This document shows, piece after piece, positions 1-13,543 of a stretch of DNA of 64,000 bases (its first letter is position 1; every line of letters begins with the position of its first letter). The translations under genes and the position numbers were made by a program. Location of the stretch: assembly GCF_006345805.1 (NCBI RefSeq), contig NC_043018.1, positions 14,880,001-14,944,000 on the forward strand. Reading direction: 5' to 3'. The notes under the pieces are model-generated. The model did no database searches. It was not told where the DNA came from and saw only the letters and a list, made by a program, of their open reading frames with translations. Source of the DNA: Octopus sinensis. Its lineage: Eukaryota.

Positions 1-384
1 CCGGTTCTTTCTCTATTGACAAGAAATTTTGAATAATTACATACATACATACATACATATATATAGATACATACATACATACACACACACACACATACAC
101 ACACACACACACACAGACACACACACACACACAATCACACAGAGTGCGAGAGAGGAGAGAAGGAGAGGAAGAGAGATGGCTGTAAAAGACACTCTGATTA
201 AGTTCTTTACTTTGAAATATATTTCACCCAGATACATCAAGTTTTGTGGAATGGAAAAGTGAAAGTAGACAGCAAGTAATTGTAGTAGTAGTAGTAGTAG
301 TAGTATTTGCACTATTTGAAATTAATTAAAAGAAATACATGGTGTAATTGTATAGCATGTGAAAGAGAAACATGGGGTTACATA

Positions 385-478
385 TATACATACATATATA
401 TGCATATATATGCATATATATACATATATATATATATACATAGATATATATATAATACATATATATATATAATAATAT

Positions 479-511
<33 letters not shown>

Positions 512-628
512 AGATAAATAATATCAAATATATGCATATATACATGCATATATGTTCATACCTACATATATATGTATATATATATGCATATATATATATA
601 TATATAATCTATATATATATATATATAT

Positions 629-698
<70 letters not shown>
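385..698. repeat. (TA)n/(GA)n compound microsatellite
   Basis: Directly visible. Confidence 0.95.
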
Positions 699-701
<3 letters not shown>

Positions 702-898
702 TAACTTTTTGCATGCACACATAAACACACAGGACTTACGATGAGTGTCGCCGCCTGGTGTAAGGTAGACCAAAATAGTGGCTGTGACAGATTTCCCCGT
801 TAACTCTCTGATGACGTCACTCTAAAACCACGTGATTATTTTGACACCTTGTTCCTTTCAGTCAGTGGTTGTTCTTATCTTTATACCATGCACATACA

Positions 899-935
<37 letters not shown>

Positions 936-1106
936 GCACACGCACACACATACACGCTCACACCTGTACATGCAAACATATTGTACGTACATACTATACA
1001 CTCGTGCATATATACATTTATATACACCTATACATTCACACATGTACATAAGTACATAGACACATACCTATATCCATACACTTAGACATACACAAATACG
1101 TGCGTC

Positions 1107-1490
1107 CGTGGTAAGTAGCTTGCTAACCAACCACATGGTTCCAGCTTCAGTCCCACTGCATGGCATCTTGGGCGAATGTCTTCTGCTATAGCCCCGGGCC
1201 GACCAATGCCTTGTGAGTGGATTTGGTAGACGGAAACTGAAAGAAGCTTGTTGTATACATGTATATATATGTATGTGTGTGTGTCTGTGTTTGTCCCCCT
1301 AGCATTGCTTGACAACCGATGCTGGTGTGTTTACGTCCCCGTCACTTAGCGGTTCGGCAAAAAGAGACCGATTGAATAAGTACTGGGCTTACAAAGAATA
1401 AGTCCCGGGGTCGATTTGCTCGACTAAAGGTGGTGCTCCAGCATGGCCGCAGTCAAATGACTGAAACAAGTAAAAGAAAGTAAAAGAAAG
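1107..1490 (+). mobile_element. tRNA-derived SINE family A (~400 bp, internal TA/TG microsatellite, GTAAAAGA tail)
   Basis: A box TGGCTGTGTGG and B box GGTTCAGTCCC in full copies. Other copies at about 5064-6066(+), 20049-20420(-), 46436-46808(+), 48078-48487(-), 50910-51308(+) and 52976-53403(+). Confidence 0.85.
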
Positions 1491-1810
1491 ATACATGATA
1501 ATGATGATTGCTTCATCTTGACAAATGATAGCCATCTCAATCAACCTGTAATCACTCCGATAACCGTCATAGAGTTTTTTGTGCATTGAGCTATCGTCAA
1601 AAGACTTTTAAAGAGAATCAAGATGAAGAAGACGGAACGAGACATCTGCAAGTCGTTAGACACACGTTTGTACAACACGTGTCACACTTTATAAGTATCG
1701 ACAACTGGAATCCAGAGAAAAGTATTGCAAAATCTCTAACAACTACATCAACTGCACGTTTGATTTCAGGGTCCCTTCTCTGAGACTTTTACCACCAAAG
1801 TATACCTACT

Positions 1811-2060
1811 GTGGAGGCGCAATTGCCCAGTGGTTAGGGAAGCGGACTCGCGGTCGGAGGATTGCGGTTTCGACTCCCAGGCCGGGCGTTGTGTTTGTTT
1901 ATTGAGCGAAAACACCTAAAAAGCTCCACAAGCTCTGGCAGGGGGTGATGGCGACCCCTGTTGTACTCTTTCGCCACAACTTTCTCTCACTCTCTCTTCC
2001 TGTTTCATGAGAAACGCTGCGGTGGACTGGCCACCCGTCCAGCTGGGGAGGAACACATAT
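1811..2060 (+). mobile_element. tRNA-derived SINE family C
   Basis: GTGGAGGCGCAATTGCCCAGTGGTTAGGG head with GGTTTCGACTCCC B box. Copies at about 21275-21590(-), 34845-35040(-) and 54770-54990(+). Confidence 0.8.
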
Positions 2061-2534
2061 GCCACAGAAACGGAAGGGCGGCCCTTCCGTTTGCTGTCCC
2101 CAGACCCCACGAAAAACACATATTGTCTACAGCAGACTCCAAAGTACCGCCCGGGGTTGACCGTCGCTACCACCCCACTAGCTACGCTGGTGAGTATACC
2201 TGCAAGTTAGCAGAGATTTGAACAAAGCTTATTTGCATACAACGCATTGATTCCTCGTGAGTTCATCATGAAATTCCTCATGAGTAAAATCCCTTTAACG
2301 GGATTTGTTTATCTTAGTTGGTTGTCCAAAAACCATCCCCGTCAGCAAGCATTCTTGACCATTTTAGTTGCCGATGACCCGACCATGAAATAAATTATGT
2401 TGGGTCACATGTTAACAATAAGATTAAAGAGTGACCTGACTTGACATGCATACATACATAATACATACATACATACATACATACATACATACATACATAC
2501 ATACATACATACATACATACATACATACATACAT

Positions 2535-2744
2535 AACGCACTGCCTAAATATCAATCTTGAGAAATTAGGCTTCTCAAAACCAGAAAACATGAAGCTGAT
2601 TCGAAGACTACAGATCCAATCCATCACTGGAACTGTAAAAATCTGTAAAACTTCCCAGAAGTTTATCATTTAAGTATATATGAGCATGCCTAGATATGCA
2701 ACTATATGCGTAAGAATACTTATATAAAACATACAAATCTGCAC
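2535..2744 (+). mobile_element. 5'-truncated 3' end of an R4-clade (RT + restriction-like endonuclease) non-LTR retrotransposon, embedded in (TACA)n
   Basis: Aligns by eye to the 3' end of the 60766-62057 element; encodes the same C-terminus (LRRLQIQSITGTVKICKT-like). Confidence 0.8.
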
Positions 2745-4042
2745 GTACATACATACATACATACATACATACATACATACTGCGTACGTACATACGTACA
2801 TACATACATACATACATACATACATACATACATACATACATACATACATACATACGTGCGTACGTACATACATATATACAACATAAGCTGTTGATGTTGC
2901 TGAAATTCCAATGAAGAAGCCTTGGGCCTACGTTAGAAACCGATTCTTTCTCTATTGCATATATATACATTCGTGAACTGGTAGAGTCGCAAAGTAGCGA
3001 ACGAATTGTTGTATTTACTCTGGTTCGTAGCACTCTGAATTCAAATCAGGTTGAGGCCATCTTTGTCTTTTATCCCTCCAGGGTCCATAACTAGTGTTTC
3101 CAGAATAGAATGATGGACTGGAGGAATGGTTAAAGCATCGGACTGGATTCCTTGTGCCATTTGTTCGTCTACAACCCATGAAGGCCGCAATGATCCATTT
3201 GGATAATAGACCTTATCCATTCCCCTGCTTGACATCCAAACGTGGTCTTTGGGTGTCTTTAGCAGCGATTGTTCTGTTGCAGACATTTGGAGCTGACCTC
3301 CGGTTTGGAAATAATTCATTCTCCTTCCTTTCTATCCCATCAACTGCAGGGGATGCTATAAAGGGCCACGGCTCCTGCCCCTCACCCTACTGGATTCAGC
3401 GATAACAACAACAAAACATTATTAGTTTCACGTATAAGGGTTCCAGTCATGTGATGAACTAAATTAGCTGCTCATTTAAAAAAATTGTGGCTCATTAATT
3501 TATAGTGGTTGAATATTCCACAGGCACCCTAAACGTGCAACACACTCTTCCATCGGATGGGCTTCCTCACAGCTTCCATGAATCCCAATTTTACTCACAA
3601 GCTTTGGGTCCACCCAAAACTTGTAAAATTGGGTTTCATGGAAGACACTTACCAAAGATGTCACACAGGGAAATCGAACACAGGAGCTTGTGATTGCGAA
3701 GCGATCTTTTTAACCATTTGGTCATATTGTAATTACATATATATGCATGCATACATTAACATGCATTAACATGTAGGTTTGCATAAAAGCCTAGAAATAT
3801 TGGGGTTCTTCAAGAAAGAAATTGATTCGCATTCTCCAAATATAATCGGTAAGTGCTACAATGGCAGTTTGGAAATCGTTCCAAGGATTCTCCACTTGAG
3901 GTCCCTGAGTTGAACACATAGACATGATAAGCAGTGTTAAATACCCTGAATATTTCATTGGATGTACTTCGGTACCCATCATATTGATTCGACTAAAGGT
4001 GCTGTTTACAAGTTAATTCGACCCAACCGGATTCATTTGAAA

Positions 4043-4050
4043 GATAGATG

Positions 4051-4129
<79 letters not shown>

Positions 4130-4134
4130 GGATT

Positions 4135-4221
<87 letters not shown>

Positions 4222-4275
4222 GGATTGATAGATAGATAGATAGATGGATGGATGGATGGATAGATAGATAGATAG

Positions 4276-4354
<79 letters not shown>

Positions 4355-4355
4355 T

Positions 4356-4417
<62 letters not shown>

Positions 4418-4423
4418 GGATAG
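4043..4423. repeat. (GATA)n microsatellite with GATG/GA interruptions
   Basis: Directly visible. Confidence 0.98.
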
Positions 4424-5225
4424 ACTGTCCCCTTGCTAAGCAGGAACGGTCTGGAAAGGGTGCTCTAATTCAGGAACTGGTCAGGAGCATCACGTGACTG
4501 GCGGTTGCCATCTCTTTGTCGGTTTCCAAGGCAACTTCTAAGAAATTTACAACTCCTACTCGAGTTACCGGCCGCCGTATAGAAATACAGTCTTCTGTGT
4601 GTGTGTGAGAGTATGCACATGTACATGCATATATATATATACACACACGCACACACACATTTATATACATATATGTATACACACATGCACACGTGTATAT
4701 ATACATACGCATACATGTGTGTGTGTGTGCATGTAATTTTTATAAGTTCGTAAAAGCAACGTAAACTAGTTTTCGTTGATGGTTAGTTCCAGGTTAATCT
4801 TCTTGGAGCAGGCTTATAATCAAAGCCATTCTTCTCATGGCCATCTCGTATTTTCCTTGATACTGTGCTCAGGACAATATAATCGGACACGTCCTTTTAT
4901 AAGCCGGTTTTAGCTGCTATTTCTAGCATCTTTAGCTACCATGTTAGTGGTTATCACGCAAACACATACATTTCCCATATATCAGTATTTTACTGGAGTT
5001 TACTCCCTCTTACTGTACCAGTAATTTACTGAGACAAAAACACTCTTAATCCCAGCTACATATAGGCGCAGGCGTGGCTGTGTGGTAAGAAGCTTGCTCC
5101 CCAACACATAGTTTCAGATTCAGTCCCACTGCGTGGCACGTTGACCATATGGCTTCTACTATAGCCTCGGGCTGACCAAAGGCTTCTGAGTGGATTTGGT
5201 AGACGGAAAACGAAAGAAGCCTGTC

Positions 5226-5303
<78 letters not shown>

Positions 5304-5348
5304 GATAGATGATAGATAGATAGATGATAGATAGATAGATAGATAGAT

Positions 5349-5388
<40 letters not shown>

Positions 5389-5618
5389 TAGATATATACA
5401 TATATACACACATATATATGCATATGTGTGTGTGTGTGTGTAAATGTAATATGTGACAAGTATACGTTGGACATGATAAAACTCCGAGTTTCGGATGTCG
5501 GGGCGGAAAAATATCCGGGTATCGGGAAAAATGCTTTCACAGATAAATTCCTCTACTTACATAATATCGAGGTCTCTTACATTCTTTTGTCGTCTTATCA
5601 TTTATATATATATATATA

Positions 5619-5666
<48 letters not shown>

Positions 5667-5671
5667 CATAT

Positions 5672-5706
<35 letters not shown>

Positions 5707-5713
5707 CATATAT

Positions 5714-5758
<45 letters not shown>

Positions 5759-5761
5759 CAT

Positions 5762-5849
<88 letters not shown>

Positions 5850-6495
5850 TGTGTTTGTCTCCCACCGCTATGGCTTGACAACCGGCGCCGGTGTGTGTTT
5901 ACGTACCTGTAACTTAGCGGCATGACAAATAGAGACGGAGAGAATAAGTATCAGGCTTATAAAAGATACGTACTGGGGGGGGGGGTCGACTCATTCGATT
6001 CAAAAATTCTCCAAGGCGGTGCCCCAGCATGGCCGCAGTCTAATGACTGAAACAAGTAAAAGAGAAAAAAAACTACATACCTTGTGTATCTCTTGTACTC
6101 GGAGTATCAAACTTCCCTGAGAGTCAACAGTCGCCAGTTTGTCAAATGACATTCAAAGACGTCTGGAACTCTTCTCCAGCCTCCACCCACCCCAAAACAC
6201 CATTCTTTCCCTCTTATTTACCCTTTCCCTACCCTCGTTCTCCCTCCCTCTCTCTCTCTCTTTCCCCCCTTTTCTCTTCCGCTCAACCGATTGCATCATA
6301 TATTTATGGTGCACTCAGCTGTCGACGTCAGCATGTACCGGCATGTATATGTGCATAAATAGATGTATGTACATGTATGTATGTATGGATGGATGTATGT
6401 ATGGATGGATGGATGGATGGATGGATGGATTAATATATGCATGTATGTATGTCAATGCATACATTCACATATATATATATGTATGTATGTATATA

Positions 6496-6537
<42 letters not shown>

Positions 6538-6636
6538 GTATATGTGTATATATATATATGTGTGTGTGTGTATATATATCTTTATATTTTATTCTAGTTT
6601 CAGCTCACGAGCTGTGGCCATGCTGGGGCACCGCCA

Positions 6637-6677
<41 letters not shown>

Positions 6678-6726
6678 GAACAAACTTACTTAGAAATGGA
6701 TGCGTGCGTTCTGTCGTGTAATAACA

Positions 6727-6970
6727 AATTAATAAATAAAACATATGCATATATACATACATATATATACGTACCTACCTCTACATGTATATATACATGC
6801 ATATATGGGTACAGGACACCAAAAAAACGTCGAACACAATGAGAAACGAAAACATAAACACAAAACCAAGGAAATGGACATTTTTCTTAAACAACGAAAA
6901 AATAGAATACAGGACATACAACACAAGGAACATTCTCCTTCTTCAGTCGCCATGGTTTCCTCTACTCTGG
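6727..6970 (-). repeat. Dispersed ~245-bp repeat adjoining (TA)n (copy 1)
   Basis: Homologous to 12267-12515 (+), sharing agagtag...ccatggcgactgaagaagg...gtagaggtaggtacg. Confidence 0.75.
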
Positions 6971-8050
6971 CATCCGTTAGTCTCGAAAGACTATGGATCT
7001 GCGCCTTGGATTGGATCGGTGTCGCAGCATCGCTTGTGGCTGACAAGGCCAATGCGTGAGTGACAGTCACGGGTGGAACGGTGGCAAATGTGGTTGGTCG
7101 GTTGGTCGTGGTTCGGTCTTCCTGCGTCTCTGTCTGTTCTCTGCTGTCTGACGTATGTGATCTTCTACCCTCAGGGCGGTACACAAGCAGGAACGGTCCT
7201 TTGCCATGTTCTCCCAGGTTATGGTATTCATACTCATGGCCTTCATGCTACGTTTGCACACATCCTTGAAACGGAGATGTGGTCGCCCGCGAGCATGTCT
7301 ACCGGAGGCTAGTCCCCATGCAGTATATCTTTCGCTAACCTCCCATCCGGAGGCTTCCGGTGCACGTGTCCCAACCAGCGGAGACGGAGTTACCGAAGTA
7401 GTGTGAAATAATTAATAGTTGGGAACGGGTAAGCATCTCGTTGTTGGTGATGCAGTCGTTCCACTTGACCCCGAGAATACTCCAAAGGTTGTGCAGATGG
7501 AAGGCATTCAGGCGGTGCTCTTGTCTGGCGTAAAAGTACCAGGTCTCACCGCCGTATAGCAAGGTGCTGAGGACAGATACTTTATAGATTGTGAATTTGG
7601 TGGATCTCGTCAGCTTGCCGTTTAACCACATTTTTCTGAGTTAGTTTGGCGAAAGTCGAAGCTGTTAACCAGATTCTCCTGTTCAGCTCCTGGTCGAGTA
7701 TGAGGCCACCCGTAGTTGTTGAGTCAAGGTACGTAAACTTACGGACCATATCGAGTGAGTGGTTGTCGATGGTAATGCGGTGGGGATCCGAGATACCTTG
7801 ACCCATTACTTTGGTCTTGCAGTTCCGAATGAGCTACTAGAGCCGCGTCGTCGGCAAACAGCATCTCCCGGGCGGAGTTTGGTCTTCGCAGTAAGCCTTG
7901 ACAGATTGAATAGTTTACCATCCGACTTTGTGTGGAGACAAACGCCGTCGTTTTGCGTACCAAATGCATACTCGAGCATGATAGCGAAGTAGATGTTGAA
8001 CAGGATAGGAGCAAGCACGCACCCTTGAAAAAAGGCAAAGTAGCCGTGGA
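6971..8050 (-). mobile_element. RTE-clade (BovB-like) LINE, 5'-truncated and frameshifted
   Basis: QGCVLAPILFNIYF, MLFADDAALVAHS, KFTYLDS, STLLYGGETW, GRPHLRFKDVCK and a C-terminal CHSRIGLVSHKRC motif, then stop and a short 3' tail. Confidence 0.9.
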
Positions 8051-9222
8051 TCTTCTCTGTAGTAAGATACCTCCACTCGTCCCTGAAATAAAACGACGCC
8101 TTCCTACTCTCAAACACTGCTCCCTCCCAATTAATCGAGAGGGATTTTCCTTTTTCCTGTTCTTTCCTCATCTTGCAGATTTCTTGGTAACCTCACTAGT
8201 GCTGGTGGCACGAAAAATAAAATAAAGTGGTTGACGTTTGGAAGAACATCCAGTGGTAGAAACCACGCCATAGCTGACAGCTGGAGCACGACGCAGCCCT
8301 ACGGCTTACCGGAAACTGTCGAACTATCCAACCCATACCGACATAGAAAAAAACGGACGTAAAATGTTAAGTGCACGCTCGCGTGTATGTGCGTGTGCGG
8401 GAGTGAGTGCATGTGAGCGTGTATATTTTCACATACACACAGATGCAAGGTGCAGCGGTTGACGCTACTCCTAATAGAAATTATGACATCACTGTCGGCC
8501 TGACACACACACAGACAGACAGACACATACACACACACACACACACACAGACTCCCTTCTTAACTACCAGAGAAAATTACCTCATTGTGTTGTGCTACTG
8601 ATAGAGTCACTAAATCCTGAACGATCTTAAATATTTTCGTTTTCCCTGCCCTAAATAAAGAGTGAGACTGGGAGAACCTACATAACTCTAAAAACACCGA
8701 CGATAAATAAGCTCTTACCAGTCCTAATACTTTGGTTGTTAGAACGACATCTTTCGAAGTTATAGTACCACTACCCCTACACACACACACACTCATACGT
8801 TGTTTTTAAAGTTACAAATATTGTGTTAGGGTTCACTTCAAAAAGTTCGTTCAAAACAAGAAATATTTTAGCTGATAAAGTTTACTGTCAGAATTTCTTG
8901 GACATTTGTTTATTAGTGGGGAACGTTAAATGTAAACAATGGCAAATTCGTTATATTGACACAAAGATAAAATTGATAACATTTTTTTGTACAACAACCA
9001 ATAATTAATCTTGTTGTTGTTATCTTTTATGTTGAATTACACAGATTTATCGTTCTGTTTTAATCCCAATTCCTTGAACAGCAACTGATTTTAAACTGGT
9101 GTTTGTTGGTTTCAAACAAAGCACCCACCACCACCTCTATGAACCCTGTCCTTCCTTGCACGCACGACGCACGCAATTTAACGGTGGGTATGGAAGTAGG
9201 TGGAGATATAATTAATAACATA

Positions 9223-9457
9223 GAAGGCGGCGAGCTGGCAGACACGTTAGCGCACCGGGCGGAATGCTTAGCGGTATTTCGTCTGTCGTTACGTTCTGAG
9301 TTCAAATTCCGCCGAGGTCGACTTTGCCTTTCATCCTTTCGGGGTCGATAAATAAAAGTACCAGTTTCGCACTGGGGTCGATGTAATCGACTTAATCCGT
9401 TTGTTTGTCCTTGTTAGTCCTCTCTATGTTTAGCCCCTTGTGGGTAGTAAAGAAATA
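9223..9457 (+). mobile_element. tRNA-derived SINE family B (~230 bp)
   Basis: GGCGGCGAGCTGGCAGA head, GAGTTCAAATTCC B box and AAAGAAATA end. Copies at about 11206-11425(+), 24057-24277(+), 26608-26833(-), 27205-27410(-), 39724-39930(+) and three in tandem at 56123-56755(+). Confidence 0.85.
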
Positions 9458-10388
9458 TATAATTAATAACATGTAGTATATTGGGTTGAAAACCCATGGA
9501 GGAGTAAAAGCCCTTAAGTTCTAGTTTTGGATAATGTTTGGAAAACCACAGAAAGGTTCCATGACCAACTAAGCTTGGAACAACTAAACTAACGAGCCTC
9601 TGTGGCTCATTTGTCCACCTAGAAACAGCTTAATCTCCCTTAAAACCATTCTCTACTCTCTTATAAAATGACATATTAAATAGAGTTGCTTTAAAGTAGA
9701 TCTTTAGAGTAGATCTTAATAAAGGACAGGATGGTCAAAACTGGGGTGCTACTTTGGTATGCGATCTACTTGCCATGAAACTAATTTGGTACGTGATCTA
9801 TAATTTATATGTTGATTTACAAGAAGAGTTATACTTATCAAGAACATGGAAAACACCTGTATGAGTTTCGAGAGGATACCTGGTTAGAGAGTATGAAGTA
9901 TAATTGGAATGTCTGTTCGGGTGTCAAAGCTCCGGTCCTGACTCAACCAAATACATCAACAATACGCTTCAGTCCGGTATAGACATCGGTCTCGATAGCC
10001 GATCTGTGCTTCTTTCTGTGGTTTTACCAGTTTATTGATATCTGAATATCGAAAGAACCCCCAAGTTGTTGACGAAAAAGTTTTACAACGAGATCATAGA
10101 CGAGACGAAGGCAGTTGCATTTTTTGGAAGAAATGGCCTTTAAGATGAAGAAGATGATGTTGCACCATGTCATCGCTGGGGAGGAGAAATGAAAGAAACT
10201 CGCTTCATTGTAAACTGATGTAAGACTTATGACTGAGGAACAGAAAGGACACCACGCTAAGGTTCGGGTATTTGTTGAGGTTTCAGAAATTGTTCGTGTT
10301 TATATTAAAGGCTAACATTCACATCTGGAAAAGAAGAAATTAAATCCCTTAATAAAACCTGGAGAAGGTAAAGAATACGCACACCCGG

Positions 10389-10790
10389 TGTTTAGGGTAT
10401 AGTTACAGTTACCCCCCTTGACAGCGGGTTCAAACAAGCCGGTCATATATATATAGAGGGCGTTACGTAATATCAAGGTTCAGACCTCGGTCCCTTTCTG
10501 CACTGAGATGCGAACTGGGAAGACGAACCCTGACTGGCTCTCTCTCTCATACTACATTCCCAGCTACCAGATAGGAGCAAAAGCTCAGAAAACCATGGCC
10601 TCTACGTACCAGCCTTTCCAGTTATCATTCAGTTGTGTATAGACTGTGGCCTGGCCACAATAAACGTATTTAAAGTTACAACCTTGTTCATATATATTCT
10701 TCGTCCGGGTTTACTACCAAATGAGATTACAACCTTCTGGGTGAGTCACATTCGATGGATCAACAACAACCTACCTGTCTATAAGGGTGA
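10389..10790 (+). mobile_element. LTR-retrotransposon LTR remnant
   Basis: Homologous by eye to 13544-13927 (shared ggccacaataaac...aagttacaacc...gggtttact...gattaca.ccttctg block containing AATAAA). The 5' boundary is uncertain. Confidence 0.5.
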
Positions 10791-11787
10791 GGGTTAGGGT
10801 TATAATTTTGTTAGGTTTAGGGTTTTGTTACATCGAAAACGGGTGGTGTGCGTATTCTTTACCTCTGCCTAAAATCTTTCATTGAGGCCATGAACGGACT
10901 TGGTTATTTAAAGTACATTTAGCTTTACGGTGAATAACTCGACAAATAACTACGTGCGTCTCGTACTGTGTTGAGTTCTAGTTTCTGACCGAGCAAAGAT
11001 CAAAATATTTGTCAACTGTTTTGTGTGTCATGTCCAAATAAAAGCGAAGACATTGACACAGTTTTTGATGTTGACACATGGTTACGCCTCTAAAAGACAC
11101 ATCCACCGACAATATTCAAGACTTTTCAATAACATTGTTGGGTGTACGTGATGTCTTGTGTGTGTGTGTGTGTGTGTGCGTGCGCGTGGGAATATGTATT
11201 TGTGCAGGCGAGCTGGTAGAATTGTTAGCACGCCGGGCGAAATGCGTAGCCGTATTTCGTCTACCGCTACGTCCTGGGTTCAAATTCCGCCGAGGTCGAC
11301 TTAGCCTTTCATCCTCTCGGGGTCGATAAATTAAGTACCAGTTGCGCATTGGGGTCGATATAATCGACTTAATCCGTTTGTTTGTCCCCTCTGTGTTTAG
11401 CCCCTTGTGGGTAGTAAAGAAATATATATACAAAATATATGCAATATGTGTTTTTTTTCCCAAGAAAACAGATTATGAGTGTTTTTCTCCTTTTATTTGT
11501 TGAGTCTGAGGTGAAGGAACGGAATCCGCGACACTTCGAAACTTGGTGATCTCGATACCGTTAATATCGCAGTCTTATCATTAATGGCACGAAACTGAAT
11601 ATCTTCTGATTGATATAACTAACTGATGAGGAATTTAAGGACCTTCTGTGTCTATTTTCCATCCGTTTGTGCACTTGATATTCGTTTTTTCCATTCGTCT
11701 ATGCATTTATTATACGCTTTTTTTAAAATATAACTTGCCATTCTCTGCCCGTTTTTCGTTTGTGCAATTACAATATATTTTTTAACT

Positions 11788-11823
<36 letters not shown>

Positions 11824-12266
11824 ATATATATATACATTGGCGTTAGGAAGGGCATCCAGCTGTAGAAACACTGCCAGATCTGACTGGCCTGGTGCAGCCT
11901 TCGGGCCCCCCAGACCCCAGTTGAACCGTCCAACCCATGCTAGCATGGAAAACGGACGCTAAATGATGATGATGATGATGATGATGACAGGGTTCAACGT
12001 TGACACTGAGTCTGGAACTTAACTATGGTCTGTCTATAGCACTTATTCAGCATTACCTGACACCTTTGGGTCTCAATGATACCATTATCTCTCATACATA
12101 CATACATACATACATGCATACATACGTATATATATATATATATATATGTTCTGTTTTTGTCACCATTTTTACCCCTCTGCAAAAAGATCTCAAATTTTAT
12201 TTGATTTGCTTTTCGTAGGAAGGAAAGTTTCTATCGAAGATACGTCTCGCCTTCACCTTCGAAACG

Positions 12267-12515
12267 TAGAGTAGATGAAACCATGGCGACTGAAGAAGGG
12301 GTTTTATTATTTTTTTCCTTGTGTTATTTGTCCTGTACTCTGTTTTTTTGTTGTTTAAGAAAAATGTCCAGTTCCTTGGGTTTTGTGTCTATGTTTTCGT
12401 TTCTCATTGTGTTCGACGTTTTTTTGGTGTCCTGTATTCATATATGCGTGTATTATACATGTAGAGGTAGGTACGTACATATATGTATATATATATGCAT
12501 ATGTTTTATTTATTA
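12267..12515 (+). repeat. Dispersed ~245-bp repeat adjoining (TA)n (copy 2)
   Basis: Homologous to 6727-6970 (-). Confidence 0.75.
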
Positions 12516-12520
12516 ATATA

Positions 12521-12552
<32 letters not shown>

Positions 12553-13261
12553 GTATGCATGTATGTATGCGCGTTTCTTTATGTCTGTATTTGTCCCCAC
12601 CCCGCCACTGCTTGACAACAGGTGGTTGCTGTATGGGGAGAGGGACATGTTCAAAGGGATGGTTTCATTCACCTGCCCTGATGTTTCGGGTACTGCCAGA
12701 GATAATCAAAAGAAACCTGGCGGAGCGCCAAACAGTCAGTAATATAGCAGTTCGGCAAAACTGGACCGATAGAATAAATACCAGCCTATAAAAGAAAGTC
12801 CTGGAGGTCAATTTGTTCGACTAAAACCCTCCAAGGCGATGCTCCAACATGGCCGCAGTCACATGACTGAATCAAGTAAAAGATAAAGGCTAGAAGATCT
12901 TTCTTTCTTCACCGAACGACTGTCTCCGGTCTTTTTCCTTACCTCTTCCTTTCCCTTCTCGTCACCTCCACCACCTCATCCAGTGTTTTATACTCCTCTA
13001 GTAATGTGTTGCCACATACACACATACATGCATGCACACACGTCCGCATCTATGCACATGCGCAACCACACGAGCACGAAGGGGAAAGTGTATGGCTGCC
13101 ATAGCATAAATTTGTGGTGGAAGAAGCACACAAACGGATTTAGAGAGATTAGCCTTAATATATAAAAACCTCGTTATTTATTCTACAAGTTGGCAAAAAG
13201 ATCCAGATTATAACACACACACACACATGTATGTGTGTGTGTGTGTGTATATGATGGCGTG

Positions 13262-13543
13262 TGGGTTAGTGATTAGGGTATTCGGCTCACGAGCGTGAGT
13301 TCGATACCCGGCAGCGCCTTGTGTCCTTCAGCAAGACGCTTTATTTTTTTATGTTGCTCCAGTCCACTCAACTGGCAAAAATGAATAGTACCATATTTTG
13401 TGTCACGCTGAATCTCCTTGAGAACTACGTTAAGGGCATGCTTGTCTGTGAAGTACTCGGCCACTTGCTTGTACGTTTCACGAACGGGTTGTTTCGTTGA
13501 TCGGATCATCTGGAACACTCGTCGTCGTAACTGACGGAGTGCC
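13262..13543 (+). mobile_element. tRNA-derived SINE with ttgctccagtccactca core
   Basis: B box GAGTTCGATACCC; reverse copy at about 46820-47140. The same core joined to other tails occurs at 27700-27920, 31050-31250, 31390-31630 and 53415-53740. Confidence 0.7.

Noticed and set aside
812-834. CRE (TGACGTCA) and E-box (CACGTG) pair
   Set aside because: Short motifs between microsatellites with no linked gene; chance occurrence cannot be excluded.
1811-1885. tRNA gene-like sequences at SINE heads
   Set aside because: The A/B boxes continue into SINE bodies in multiple dispersed copies, and no clean acceptor stem or Pol III terminator was found.
10785-10822. Telomere-like GGGTTAGGGTT
   Set aside because: Only 2-3 degenerate units; not an interstitial telomere array.
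12215-12310. Hammerhead-like pieces CTATCGA...GAAACGTA and CTGAAGAAGG
   Set aside because: The core is degenerate and helices I and II do not pair convincingly; at best a decayed motif.
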